From contig CM075989.1 in the NCBI GenBank assembly GCA_038087875.1, forward strand, positions 14,076,001-14,140,000: a stretch of DNA of 64,000 bases. The letters run 5' to 3'. This document shows positions 26,654-40,200 of the stretch, piece after piece (the first letter of the stretch is position 1; every line of letters starts with the position of its first letter). A program made the translations under genes and the position numbers. Under the pieces are notes generated by a model. The model made no database searches and was not told the DNA's origin. It was given only the letters and a program-made list of their open reading frames with translations. The stretch is from Malacoraja senta (taxonomy: Eukaryota).

Positions 26654-27539
26654 AGTATTTATTAAAATACATTGATTTACTCAGAGAAAAACTTATAACA
26701 ATTCATTAGTTTCTTTTATTCGAGTATGTTTAATAACTTACTTCCCTATTGATTTTCCACTGAACTGCACATGGTTCCACTTTAATCTGTCAAAACTCCT
26801 GTTGACCTGAGCCATATCGACATTGTCAGGAGAAGCCGTTGGAAATCTTGAGTCACATAAAAGTGTATAAATCCCTGTGACCTGATTAAGTATCCAAGGA
26901 CATTGTTGGGAGCAAGGGGAAAATTTGCTGGGACCACAGCAAATATTTTTGTATCTTTGTTAGCTATGGGTTTTTTGGTGACGTAGTGGATAGTAAAGAA
27001 ATCAAAGCTTACAACAGGATATAAATCAACTGGAAAGTGAGCAAAGTAATCGGATGTGTTTTTTGGACAAGTGTGAAATGATACATTTTGGAAATGAAGC
27101 ATTTTAAACCAGGGCAAGGCATACACAGTGCATGCAAGGGGCCTGGGGAGTGTTTCTGAATAAAGAAATCTTGGGAGACATAGTTTCTTGCAAGTGGCAA
27201 CAGCAGTAGACAGGATGGTGAAGAAGGCAGATGGTACATTTGGCTTCATTCAGTCGGGATACTGAGTGCAAAAGTTGGGATGTCATGCTATAGTTGTTGC
27301 CTAGACTGGAGGGCTAGAATGAAAAAGTGAGAACTGGACAGATGGAACTGTTTTTACCTGGAGTGAAGGAGGCTGATAAATGATCTTATCTTACAGAGTT
27401 TTATAAAAACAAGCATAGACAACCTGCTTCTGTGCTAAACAATTCTCAGTAGATCTGATATTTTGAATTTCTTAGTCATACAAAGGTTACCAATGGTATC
27501 TGGGTCATAAGGATTTAGAACTCAAGCACACCAAATTAA

Positions 27540-27729
27540 TGGTGTTAAAGAAGGAACTGCAGATGCTGGAAAATCGAAGGTACACAAAAATGCTGGAGAA
27601 ACTCAGCGGGTGCAGCAGCATCTATGGAGCGAAGGAAATAGGTAACGTTTCGGCCCGAAACGTTACCTATTTCCTTCGCTCCATAGATGCTGCTGCACCC
27701 GCTGAGTTTCTCCAGCATTTTTGTGTACC
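27540..27729. mobile_element. Penelope-derived hairpin element with a perfect 75-bp-arm palindrome
   Basis: Arms 27579-27653 and 27655-27729 are exact reverse complements; direct repeat CACACCAAATTAA at 27527-27539 and 27729-27741. Confidence 0.8.
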
Positions 27730-27984
27730 ACACCAAATTAAGTTGTGCTCACTTTACAGTCACCAGAGTTGTCACTGTGTGTGTGTGTGTGTGTTTGTGT
27801 GTGTTATAGGTTTGTTACATTAGTTAATATGAGAATGATTATGGATCATTTACTTTTGTTAGAGGTTTAAAAATTACTTGAATCCTAATGTTTGCAAGTG
27901 CTTGATTAGAAGTGACCATCAGCTTGACCTGTTTACAAACAAGTTGCCAACCGTGTCTCTGTCAATCACAGGGAGATTTGTGAA

Positions 27985-28293
27985 TTTAGGTTAGTTTTGA
28001 GATACAGTGCAGAAACAAGCCCTTCGGTTCACTGCATCCGCGCCGGCCAACGATCCCCGTACACTAGCACTATCCTACAGACTAGGGACAATTTACAATC
28101 TTTACTAAAGCTAATTAACCTACAAACCTGTGTGTCATTGGAGTGTGAGTGGAAACCGGCACACCCGGGGAAAAGCCATGCGGTCACAGGGAGAACAACA
28201 TACAAACTCCGTACAGACAGCACCTGTAGTCAGGATCGAACCTGAGTCTCTGGTGCTATAAGGCAGCAACTCTACCACTGTGCAACCGTAACG
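27985..28293 (-). mobile_element. tRNA-derived SINE (V-SINE/HE1-like) with CR1-type tail
   Basis: Minus-strand head with A/B-box-like motifs (ggtagagttgctgcc...ggttcgatcc) and body gtgctgtctgtacggagtttgta, shared with copies at 37.1, 49.2 and 55.6 kb. Confidence 0.85.
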
Positions 28294-29254
28294 CCCTACA
28301 AGGTGGACAGGAAACTTATGTTTGTGATTGTAAAGTCTGTTCCAGTCTTTAGTGTGTAAGATGTGCTGAATCTTCAGAGGGGTTTAACTTTCTGATGAAT
28401 GTTTCACTGGCCCAGAGTCTCCTTTTTTAGTGCATTTCAATGATCCTTTATTGCTGTTTGTAATTGACTGGGTAATATATATTGCAGATTCTGGAAATAG
28501 CAAGTAAAGCACCATCTGTGTACAGAAAGCAGCCCACAGTTTCATGTTGAAGACCCTTCATCAGAATATTTTTTATCTTAATGAACATCATTAAAGTTAT
28601 TATCTGCTTATTACTTTTTGTGGGATATGGCTGTATTCAAATTGGGCTGTTGTGCTTCCTACTTTACAACAACCATTTAAAGTTGTAGGCACAAGAGACT
28701 GCAGAAGTTGGAATCTGCAGCAAAATTAACTGCTGGAGAAACTCGGCAGGCCAGGTATAATATGTGGAGGGAAATAGCCAGCTGATTTTTTGGCTTAAGA
28801 TCCTTCAACTAGATTGAAACTTCATTGCCCACAAATTCACATGGACTATTTCCAACACCTCTCTTCCCTTTCTTGATCTCTCCATCTCAGGAGAGAAACT
28901 ATCCACTGATACCTACTACAAACCCACTAACTCCAAAGTAAAATGATCTTATTCGCTACTCTTTCAGTCTAGATGAAGGGTCTTGACCTGAAACATTGAC
29001 TGTCCATTTCCCTCCACAGATGCTGCTTAACCCATGGAGGCCATGAGTTTCTCCAGCAGCATTCCTTTATTTACAACATTTTACTTGACTAAAAAAACCG
29101 CTGAAGATGGGTATATGGCTCTTGTTTAGTGAAAATGGAGTGTGGAGCTGTTGGGCCAAATAAGTTGTTTCCGCATATTGTACGCTCTTTAGAATAGAAG
29201 GTGTTCCCATTTAGCCTCACTCCCAGGACATGTGAGGCTAAATGTAGAGATTCA

Positions 29255-29992
29255 AGGTTCAAGGTTACGGTTTCAAGGTCAGTTTATTGTCACATGTACC
29301 AATTAAGGTACAGTGAAATTTGAGTTACCATACAGCCATACTAAGTGAAAAGCAGCAAGACACACAACCACATAAAAGTTAGCATAAACATCCATCACAG
29401 TGGATTTCACATTCCTCATTGTGATGGAAGACAATGAAGTTCAATCTTCTTCCTCTTGTTCTCCCGCTGTCGGGGCAATCAAACCATCCGCAATTGGGGC
29501 GATCAAAGCCCCCCGCAGCCGACGATCGAAGCCCCTGTGGGCGTGATTGAAACTCTTGCGTCGGGATGGTTGAAACTCTCTCCATGGCATGGAGCTCCCC
29601 AGTGTGCCTCTTCTTACCAGAGACTACGGGCTTCACGATGTTAAAGTTCACAGGCCCCGCGGTTGGAGCTTCGATCCCCGGCATAGGGATCGCAAGCTCC
29701 GCGATGTTAAAGTACCGCTGACTCCCGCGGCTTGGAGTGCTTGTCGGTCTCCAGGAAAGGCCGCCAACTCTACGATGTAAGGCCGCAGTGGGGACGGAGA
29801 TACGATACGGAAAAAAAATCATCTCCGTCAAGGTAAGATTTTGAAAAACAGTTTCCCTCAACCCCCACCTCCCACATAAAACAAACCAAGGAACGCTAAA
29901 ACATACTCTTTAACACATACTAAAAATAACACAAAGAAGAAAGGACAGACAGACTGTTGGTGAGGCAGCAACTGCAAGTGGCGCCACCGGGT
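29255..29992 (-). mobile_element. CpG-rich non-coding retroelement, paralog of 21118-21835
   Basis: Collinear similarity; minus-strand AATAAA followed by ccttgaa-type tail repeats. Confidence 0.75.
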
Positions 29993-31357
29993 GCTAATTC
30001 AAAATAGAGTTTTTAATGCAGCCTTTTTCAGTTCATATGGAAGGTAATTTATACATCTGAATATCGAGCCGTTTTAAGAATTGATTGCTCTCTCACTGGA
30101 AGGGTGTGGTTGTGCTTGAGAGAGTGCAGAGGATGTTGCCATAGAATAGTACAGCACAAGTATAGAACACATAGAATAGTACAGCATAAGTACAGCACTT
30201 TGGTTCACAATGACTATGACGATCATAATGCCAATTTAAATTGCCTCCACATGGTCCATATACCTCCATCCCCTGCCAGTTCATGTAGCTGTCTAAATAC
30301 CTCTTAAAAAATTGTTATCATATTTGGCAGCATGTTCCAGGCACCTGCCACTTTCTGGGTAAAAGAAAATTGCCACAATAGACTCGTCGTCTCAACTGTT
30401 GTATGCCATCTCTACCCCTCTTCCTACATGTGTCGCCACTTTCAGGGAATTATCAACTTGTTCTCCAAGAATCCTCTGTTCCTCAGTGCACCCAAGGGAC
30501 CTGCCATTAACTGTATACTTTCCCTTTACATTTGACCTCTCAAGTGCAAAACATCCTGATTTAACTCCATCTGCCATTTCTCTGCCCATATTTCCAACTG
30601 GTCTGTATTATGCTGAACCCTTTAATAACCTTCCTGATTATAAAAAACACTGCCATTTTTTGTGTCCACGGTAAACTTACTAATCAGCTTACGTATATTT
30701 TCACCTAAATAAAATAATATAAGAGATCCCTGCAGAATATCACAGTTCACAGACCTCCAGTCAGAAAAACACTTCTCCACAGTAACCTTTGTCAATAATC
30801 AAGTCAATGTTGTGTCCAATCTACCGTCACCTTGAATCCCATCAATCTTAATCTTACAGATCGGTTTGCCATGAGGGACATTATCAAAGGCTTTACTGAA
30901 GTCAATGTATGCAACATCCACTGACCTCCTCAATCATTTTCCTCACCTCAAAACATTCACTGCCAGAGGTGGTGGAGTCAGATACAATCACTAAGTTTAA
31001 GAGGCATTTAGACAGATACTTCAGTAGATGATGCATACGCTCCTAATGTATGGAATGGAATTAGTGTAGATGGGCGAAAAGATTGGCATGCGGCTTGATA
31101 GATTGGAGGGCCCATTTTGGTGTTGTACATCTGTAATTATAACCCTTGCAGCTGATATGATTAATTGACTTTGGAAGGTCCGATTCTGGTATTTTCCAGA
31201 AAAGTGGATAGAAGTTTATGAATTAACAATTAACCCATTTAAAGTGCCCAATTAAAAGTAATTATACATTCAGGTTTAACTGCAAACACTTACTTTTCTC
31301 TAAAATAAATTCATTCCTGTATTTGGAAATCCTATTTTCTCCTTCCCTTTTTAACAG

Positions 31358-31423
31358 TAAACATTTGCAGTACGGTAAGGTTTTGGAAGCAGGCCAAGTA
31401 ATGTTGCATAAGCTTGCAGACAA
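31358..31423 (+). CDS. Candidate 66-bp cassette exon of the host gene (phase 2 to phase 2)
   Basis: Strong polypyrimidine tract plus aacag; open frame (N)KHLQYGKVLEAGQVMLHKLAD(N); weak gtgaat donor. A competing gtaagg donor at 31375 would be out of frame. Confidence 0.35.
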
Positions 31424-32619
31424 GTGAATATACCATCAAGCCCCTGTGACAATTTCATGTAGAATATGCTTTGTACACGACTGATTTCCATTCAGCCAAG
31501 AACTGGTCAGACAGAATAAAATTGCTTTGTTTCTGAATAAAATCTGATCCTTGTTTCTTTCTATTTTAAATATTGTGTGTGTGTGTGGTCGTATATGTGT
31601 GTGTGTGTGTGTGTGTGTTTGTATTCCACATTGAACTACTTTAACTTCATGAGATAGTTATACAGGACCAAAAACCACCAATATTCTGCGATTGTCATCA
31701 TTCCACTATGCCAACTGTACTCTGTTTGGCACCACCTCACTGCCCTGACTCATGGATAGGTCTACCTTTACTATCAGCATACCCACCATTGTAACCTTTC
31801 TAATAAAGGTGGGCAGCTGCATTAAAATTAATGGGGTTAGTTGTTAGTGTAAAACTGAGGTTGTCTAAAATATTGTTTGAATTTTGCAATTGTACCCATC
31901 TCTACCACTTTTCCTGGCAGTTCATTTCAAATACCCACCACACGCTGTGTGGAAAATGCTGCTACTCGAGTAATTTTAAATCTTCCTCCACTCACCTTAA
32001 ATCTACGTTACAGTGACAGTTTAGTTCAATATTTTGAGTTTGACAAATGGTTCCGTTGAAGTATATTTTTACAACGTAAGTACACTAACACTGACAGGAC
32101 ACATCTGAATTTTCAAACATCTGCTGGAACAGAGTAATTTGCATGAATGGTCTAAAAGCTGCTGAGGAGAAAGAACCAGACACCTTAAATTAGTGTAGTG
32201 AGTGCTGACTCTTGGAGTGCACAAATATCCTAATTATTGGTAGACTGAGCAAATGTGATCATGGCCATGTTTGATGTGATGAAAGTCTGGTGTGGAAGCT
32301 TCCTTGATCTACATCACAATCATGCAAAATGACTTAAGGTGAAGATGCTTGACGTAGGCACGATAATGTAACCCTGTCTTAAATTTGGCTGATGCATATG
32401 CAAACATCTCATGGTTATGTCAGTTTTAAAAGGACAGTGAACTATCTTCACAGCAGATATTGACCATACTATTGACCGCACTATTTGTTTACAAAGCTAT
32501 CCTTTTACTTTCAAGCTGATGATTGCTTGCAATAATATGAGACCATCCAGCTTACCTATGCCCCTCATGATTTTGCTCCCTCCATAACTTCACTCCTTAG
32601 CCTTCTACAGTCCAGGGGA

Positions 32620-33670
32620 CAGGGCCGGCCTTAGGAGGTGCGGGGCCCAATTGGGAACAATTTTGGTGAGCACCAGGTTCCCAGCCAAGGTCTGTAGAAT
32701 CATAGAAATACAAATAAAGTCTATTATAGACTTTATATCTCTATGGTAGAATGGAAAGTAATCAAAATGTGCGCTTAAACAGTGCCTGCGAGTTAATGGA
32801 CCAAACAGATCTAAGCTACATTTTAATATAAAATTGCATACATGTAAGCCTACAAGTAACAAACAAAATGTGTAGACACCTCTGAAAAGTACATAGTTAC
32901 AATACCACTTGTTTTAGTGACTGTGAAATGAAAAAAAAATAAACTAGATCCTGGAAAACCAATAACTATTGGCGTTGTGTGTGTGTCTGTGCGTGATGTG
33001 TGTGTGTTAGTTGTCTGTGCGTTATGTGTGTGGGAGGGAAGGACAGAAGGGAGGGAGGAAGGAGAGAAGGGAGTGAGGAAAGTAGAGAAAGAAGGGAGGG
33101 AGGGAAGGAGAGAAGGGAAAAGAGAGAGAGGAAGGAGAGAAAGAAGGGAGCGAGGGAAGGAGAGAAGGGAAAAGAGAGACGAAGGGAGGGAGGGAGGAAG
33201 GGAAATGAGGGATAGAAGGGGAGAAGAGAAGGGAAGGAGAGGGCCGGCGGCAGGAGCGGATGCCGGGGTCCGGGTGGATGGGTGTGAGCTGAGGCCGAGG
33301 TTTGTAAACGTTGCTCCAACGCCCGGCCCTCCCTGTATTGTTCACCGCGTCTTCCCGGGGAGAGAGAGGGGGGTGCCGGGGCTGTGTGCATGAAGCACGG
33401 CGACTGGACGGGCGGGAGCGCTGCCCCGGGACAGTGAGGAACGACCCACCTCCCCCTCTCCCTCTCCCCCTTCTCCATTTCCCCTCACACCCCCTCCCCA
33501 TCTATCCATTTCTTCCCTCTCCACCCCTCTACTCTCTCTCCACCCCTCTCTCCCCCCTCCACCCGGGGTAGATCTACCTGAGCCGAGAGTAGATTACTCT
33601 GGCGCGGAGCCCCCTTACTCGCGGGGCCCAATTCGGAGCAATTGGTCGAATCGGCTTAAGGCCGGCCCTG
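32620..33670. mobile_element. Non-autonomous hAT DNA transposon
   Basis: TIR CAGGGCCGGCCTTA / TAAGGCCGGCCCTG; 8-bp TSD CCAGGGGA (32612-32619, 33671-33678); internal polypurine and polypyrimidine tracts. Confidence 0.9.
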
Positions 33671-36600
33671 CCAGGGGAGCAAAGCACCAGACTATCCAGT
33701 CACTTTATATATCTCAAGCCCTCCAGTCCCAGTTCTTGTGAATCTTTCTTGCACCCTTTCAAGCTTAATGAGATTCTTCCTATAGCTTGGTAAACGCAAC
33801 TCGGCACTATGTGTAATTAGATTTTATTGCTAATTCAAAGTGGAATTTTTTAATGGAGGTACAATCTTTTGCAGGTCATATGCAAGTCAGTTTATACATT
33901 TGAATGTTCATCCTTTTTGGAGATTGATTGTTCTCTCATAAGAAGGATGCAGTTGAGTGCCAAAAAGAGAGCAGAGGATATTGCCTGGATTGGAGGACAT
34001 TAGTTATGAGGAGAGATCGGATAGGTTGTGCTTAACCTAAAGCTTGTAAAAAAGAGAATTACACAAGTGGAATTGCAATTTTGAACTTAGGTTTGCTCCA
34101 TGTTTTGGGTTTTGGAGGACAGGTACCGGGCTCATTTTGTGGTCCTGGGAAAGAATAGTTTCATGCAGGAAGTGGCATTGACAGTGAGGAAGGTTGCTAA
34201 AGGATAGAGCAGAATATAGCTCAGTTGGAAATATAGATAGAGAAATGGCAAATTGAGTTCAATCCAGACAGGTGAGAGGTATCGCACATCGGCAGGTCAG
34301 ATGCAAGAGGAATGTATATAGTAAATAGCATTGTCTTTGGAAGCGTTGATGCACTGAGGGATATTGGGAATCAAATTGATAGCTAGTGGATACAAGTGGA
34401 GAGGGTGGTAAAGAAATGGTGCAGCATGCTTGCCTTCATCTTTCGAGACATTGTATATTGAAGTTGGAAAGTCATATTGCAGCTGCATTAAACTTTGGTT
34501 AAGGCACATTTGGAGCAATGTGTGCAGTTCTGGTTACCCAGTTACAGGAAGGATGTGGAGGCTTTGTAGAAGAATAAAAAAAGCTGTACTAGAATGCTGT
34601 CTGAATTTGACGGTATTGCCTATAAGGGGAAATAGGACAAACTTGGATTGTGTGGAAAGGAACTGTAGATGCTGGTTTAAATCGAAAATAGACACAAAAG
34701 CTGGAGTAACTCAGCAGGCCAGGCAGCATCTCTGGAGAGAAGGTATGGGTGATGTTTTGGGTCGAGACCCTTCTTTAGACTGTTCAGATTGTTTTCTCTG
34801 GAGCATCCAGGGTTGAGGGTTGACCTGATAGAAGTATATAGTCACAATCATACAGCATAGAACCACGCCCTTCGGCCCAACTGCCCATGCTGACCAACAT
34901 GCCCCATCTACATTAATCTCACCTGCCTGCATTTCTACACTCAATACTCTGACCAATGAAGACCAATGTGCCGAAAGCTGCCTTGATCATCCTAACTACC
35001 TGTGATGCCATTTTCAAGGAACTATGTACCTGCACTCCTAGATGCCTCAGCACTCCCCAGAGCCTTGCCTTTCAGTGTAGGTCATGCCCTGGTTTGACTT
35101 CCCAAAATGTAACACCTCGCGCTTATCTGTATTAAACACCATTAACTATTCCTCAGCCCACCTGCCCAAATGATTAAGATCCTGGTGCAATTTTTGATAT
35201 CTATCTTCGCTATCTACGATGCCAACCACTATGCCAACCACTAAATACTATGATTTGCTATTCCCTTCTTAAATCCATCTATGCTCCGTCTTTACCATGC
35301 TGTGTAAAACTAAACTAGGACTAATCCTTCAGCCTGCAAACTCCAAACAATCTCCTGTCGTACCCCCAAGCCCAGCTCAATGCGATATCCACTTCCTGGG
35401 CATAATATCAATTGTAATCACAGAGATGCAAAACAAAAATAAATCCTTTGGTCCTTGGAAATGGCACTGAACTTCAACCATTCATTTAAACTAAATCTAC
35501 ATAAATCTCATATTCCCATAAACGCCCCCTCCCCAGATATTACCATTTCCTTACACACCAGTCAATTTGCAATAGCCAATTAATTTACCATCCTTTATAT
35601 CCTTTTTATAGTGGAACGGTAATTTAGATTGAGTTGGCCTGTAGAATACTGTGATTTATTGACCAACCTAACTGTGCTGTGAATCTCTGCCTCAACGAAG
35701 CATGGTGAAAGGCTAGTACTGTTTGAAATGTTGAACTGTATTATGTGATTTCTTGTGTTGGTAATGTGTTTTTTGAAAATATAGTCTAGTTCATGGTGCT
35801 TTGTTCAAGTTTTGTTTTGTAATTGTTTTATAATTAAATCTCTATTTGTGACTTGTTATGTGCCACACAGTTTACAACACCCAGAGTTATTTATCACTTT
35901 CTCAGTAGCAAATGATCTGTGAATATATATTTAGAAAAATCCTGTGTGATTTTGTACGGCCACACTAATTAGGTGAACTATATAATGTGTAATTCAAAGG
36001 ATCATAGTATCGTACAGTACAGAAATGGTCCTGTCAGTCCAGCTTGGACTGTCAACTGTGGTGCCTATCTAGGCCAATCCCATTTACCTGCATTAGACCC
36101 ATGTCCCCTATGCCTTTCAAATTAAGTAACTGTTCAAATGTATTTTAAAAATATAATTTAAAATGCGTCTACCTACTCATCTGGCAGCTCTTTCCAGATA
36201 ACAAACATCCTCTGTGTAGAAAGATTTGCCCCTCAGATTTCCTTTAAATGTCTTCCCTCTCAAAAAATCTGTGCTTAGTTCTAGACTACGCTATCCTCTA
36301 TGATTTCATTTTCCAGAAGCTATGAACTTGCACAACAAGGTCCTTCTGTACATCAACACTCCTAAACTCCTTGCCGTTTAAATGTCTGCCCAGAATTTGA
36401 CTATCCCATGTGCATTACCTGATACTTGGCTGGATTAAATCTACCACAGATCCACCCAACTTCTCAGCTGATCTATGTCCTGCTGTATCCTCTGGTAACC
36501 TCCTGTACTAGATTCAACCACTAATTTTCATGTCAAATTCAAACTAACTAATCGGACCACCTACATTTGCATCTAAATAAATTATATGTGCAAGCAACAA

Positions 36601-37099
36601 AGATCCCAGTACTGATACAGTACTGTTGCAGACTTCCTGTCAGATAATCACTCCCCCAGCACTACTCTCTGCCCTTTATCACCAAGCCAATTTTGGATCC
36701 AGTTTGCCAACATGCCTCAGGGCCCTTGTGTCTTATCCTTCTGTACCAGTCTACCATATGGGGCCTTGTCAAAAGCCACATTAAAGTCCATGTAAACCAT
36801 GTCTACAGCCGTGCCTTAATTTCCTCCTCAAAGAGACAATCACATTTGTGAGACATGATTTCTACTGCACAAACCCATATTGACTCTTCCTATTTTGTCC
36901 CTGCTTTTTCAAATGAACATTAATCCTGTCCCTCAGAATCTTCTCTAAAAACCTCCCTACATTGATGTAAGGCTTACTTGTCTGCAGTTTCCAGGCTTAT
37001 TCTCATTTTTGAGCCACGGGACAAATTTTGTCTATTCTCCAGTCTCCTGATGGATCACCCGTGGCTAACAAAGATGCCTCAGCATCTCATCCCTTCCAT

Positions 37100-37382
37100 T
37101 AGTTTAGTTTAGAGATACAGCACGGAAACAGGCCCTTCGGCCCATCGGGTCCGCACCGACCAGCTATCCCCACCCACTCGGGACAATTTTTACATTTACC
37201 AAGCCAATTAACCTACAAACCTGTACGTCTTTGGAATGTGGGAGGAAACCAAAGATTCCGGAGAAAACCCACGGGGAGAACGTACAAACTCCATACAGAC
37301 AGCATCCGTAGTCGGGAACGAACCCGGGTCTCCGGCGCTGCATTCGCTGTAAGGCAGCAACTCTACCGCTGTGCCACCGTGA
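37100..37382 (-). mobile_element. tRNA-derived SINE (V-SINE/HE1-like), inserted in an old CR1
   Basis: Same head and body as the other copies; (ctaaa)n tail on the minus strand. Confidence 0.85.
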
Positions 37383-38048
37383 CATTAGTATTCTGTAATA
37401 GACCCTGGGGATTTAGCCACAATAATATACATTGCTAACACTTCCTCCTAGGTTTTGCAGACATGTCCCCGAATATCAGTATACCTAATAATGTGAAAGT
37501 TAAAATCCCCCACTGCCACAACAGTATTGTTTTTAAATCCTTTTGCGATCTGCTTACATAACTGTTTTTCCAATTCATGCTGACTATTGAAAGGCCCAAA
37601 ATAGATCCCCATTAAAGTGACCATCCTTTTACTATTACTAAGTTCTGCCAATGCACCCTCACTGTTGAATCTCTCCAGGATATCCTTCCCCTGCTGTCAC
37701 GATCCCATTATTCAGCAGTACGATATCTGATTTGCACACCCTTCTATCATGCCTGAAAATTCTATACCCTGTATATAGATTAATATATCTGAAAGTAGAT
37801 TCTTATTTTTATCATAAAAAATGAAAATTTCTTAAGTTCCCGTCAACTGAATTGCAAATAGTAAACATTCAGTTTTTGTGTCCAATTCTGTCATTATCAT
37901 CATTTCCATAATGAAGTGAAGATCTTTGACTTCAAAATCAAATAAATCTTTTATTTGTAATAATGTAGTTTGTTTATGGGGAGGAAAGATGTCAGCAGAG
38001 TATATAATGCTAAATATGACATGGAAGATATATTTGTCATTTCTGCAG

Positions 38049-38330
38049 TGGATCAGTGGAAAGCAGGCTACCGCCGTCTCCAGCCTCCCGTATTGGCAAT
38101 TCCTTGACAAGTTACTCAGAAGGAAGTGAGAGTGATGCTGTATATGACTCTACTATGGAGAGTGACTTTGAATCCCGCACAACTGTGTTCAGCCAACAGC
38201 AGAATTCACAAGGAGATAGCCCTTGCTGCAGTCAGAGCAATTCCAGCTGTAGCTGCGCTTTTTACGATGATCTGAAAATGGAGTTGGAGCCTGATGGATC
38301 CTATAGCCATACTTCTGAAAGAGAATACAT
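38049..38330 (+). CDS. Internal Ser/acidic-rich coding exon of the unidentified host gene (phase 2 to phase 2)
   Basis: tttctgcag acceptor, AT/gtatgt donor, 282 bp open: (N)GSVESRLPPSPASRIGNSLTSYSEGSESDAVYDSTMESDFESRTT...SHTSEREY. Confidence 0.75.
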
Positions 38331-39674
38331 GTATGTATGAATGCAGGCTTTATTGCTGCAACAGTAAGCAATCAAGTTTACCTTAAATTCCATATATTTT
38401 CATTTTGTATTCCATACTGTTTTTCTTCAATTAATTGTTGCTTTCATTATTTTCCAATAAAGACTAGTCTTTTTTTTATTTAAGATTATATTAACATTAA
38501 ATTATTTAATTTAATATGCATTCTGCAAAGCATTTGAATAATTATGGATAAGAAAGGTTCAGAGGGATACGTGACAGGTACAGACAAAAGGGACTAGCTT
38601 GAATGAGGTATCATGGACGAGTTGGGTCAAAGGGCCTGTTTCTGTGCTGCATAACTCGATGACTCTATGGCTTTATAGAATCATAATTCTAATTGAAATA
38701 TAACGTTAGCATGATGATGTCTTCCAAGAGAGATAAGGAGAACAATATATTTCTACTGCTTATTAACCACGAGCGCTTACTTACTTTACTCTTTTTTTTG
38801 CCGATGTTGTGGTTACAAAAGTAAGTTGGGATAAAGTAGGACCACATCAAGGAATGTGAGTGGGTTAGACAAACACATACAGTGGTTTTGTAATACTATT
38901 CAAGCAAGTATGTGTCTAGTTCCTCACTCATTTACATTCTTCATATGAGCTTCAAGTGTTAATGTTAACAGGTTGTATGAGCAAAGGGACAACATGACTG
39001 GACCAAATTTTAAACAGTTTTAGCAGACCTTAGTGGTAAACAACAGCAGAAATTATTATATTTTTCTCCTTTTCTCTGCAAGAAACACTGAGGTTAATTA
39101 AAACATCAGCCAATTCAGTATAGACTTGACATGCTGATTTGTATGGTTGAGTATCACTGCAATGCCTCATTAAACCACAATACTAGATTTAATTTGTAGA
39201 GTTCAGACACTGTGGAATGTAGAGGCCAAAAGTAACTTTGCTACTGAGCCACAAAAAGCTATAGCAATACAGATGACCAAAGATTTGGCAAAAGAGTGGT
39301 TACTAGCGTCATCTTGAAGGAAAAGCGAGATGTAGTGACAAGCGTAAGAATTCCAGAGCTTGGAACCAAAGCTGCGAGCATTGGCCAGTAATTGATTCTC
39401 TGGATTTCCAAGTGAGCAGAATTGGAAGAATATGGAATTCATGAGGACTTGGAAGAGGTTACAAAGATGCAGAGAGATGAGGGTGTGCAAGGACATTAGG
39501 GTAATAATAAGGGTGATGATATTAAATATAAGGCAATAATGGACTGGATGAGACCGGTGTGGAGATAACAAAGATATTATTCATTGCTTCAGCAGCAAAG
39601 TTGCAGTCAGGCAGTGTTAGAGAATTTGAGGTAGGTAAGTTTGGCATTAGAATATTTATATGGTCAGAAGGTCA

Positions 39675-40200
39675 TAGAAACATAGAAAATAGGTGCAGGT
39701 GGAGGCCATTTGGTCCTTTGAGCCAGCACCGCCATTCATTGTGATCATGGCTGATCATCCACAATCAGTAACCTGTGCCTGCATTCTCCCCATACCCCTT
39801 GATTCCGCTAGCCCCTAGAGCTCTATCTAACACTCTTTTAAATTCATCCAGTGAATTGGCCTCCACTTCCTTCTGTGGCAGAGAATTCCACAAATTCACA
39901 ACTCTCTGGGAGAAAACGTTTTTTCTCACCTCAGTCTTTAATGGCCTCCCCTTTATTCTTAGACTGTGGCCCTTGGTTCTGGACTCCCCCAACATTGGGA
40001 ACATTTTTCCTGCATCTAGCTTGTCCAGTCCTTTTATAATTTTATACTTTTCTATAAGATACCCTCTCATCCTTCTAAATTCCCGTGAATACAAGCCCAG
40101 TCTTTCCAATCTTTCCTCATATGACAGTCCCGCCATCCTGTGGATTAACCCCGTGAACCTACGCTGCTCTGCCTCAATAGCAAGGATGTCCTTCTCAAAT
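39675..40200 (-). mobile_element. CR1 LINE 3' end
   Basis: ORF 39765-40136 MAGLSYEERLERLGLYS...; conserved CR1 3' tail. Confidence 0.95.

Noticed and set aside
27985..28293. tRNA-like heads as tRNA genes
   Set aside because: They are attached to SINE bodies and tails, and I found no full cloverleaf.
32966..33571. Several overlapping 60-170 aa ORFs
   Set aside because: Low-complexity purine/pyrimidine tracts inside the hAT MITE.
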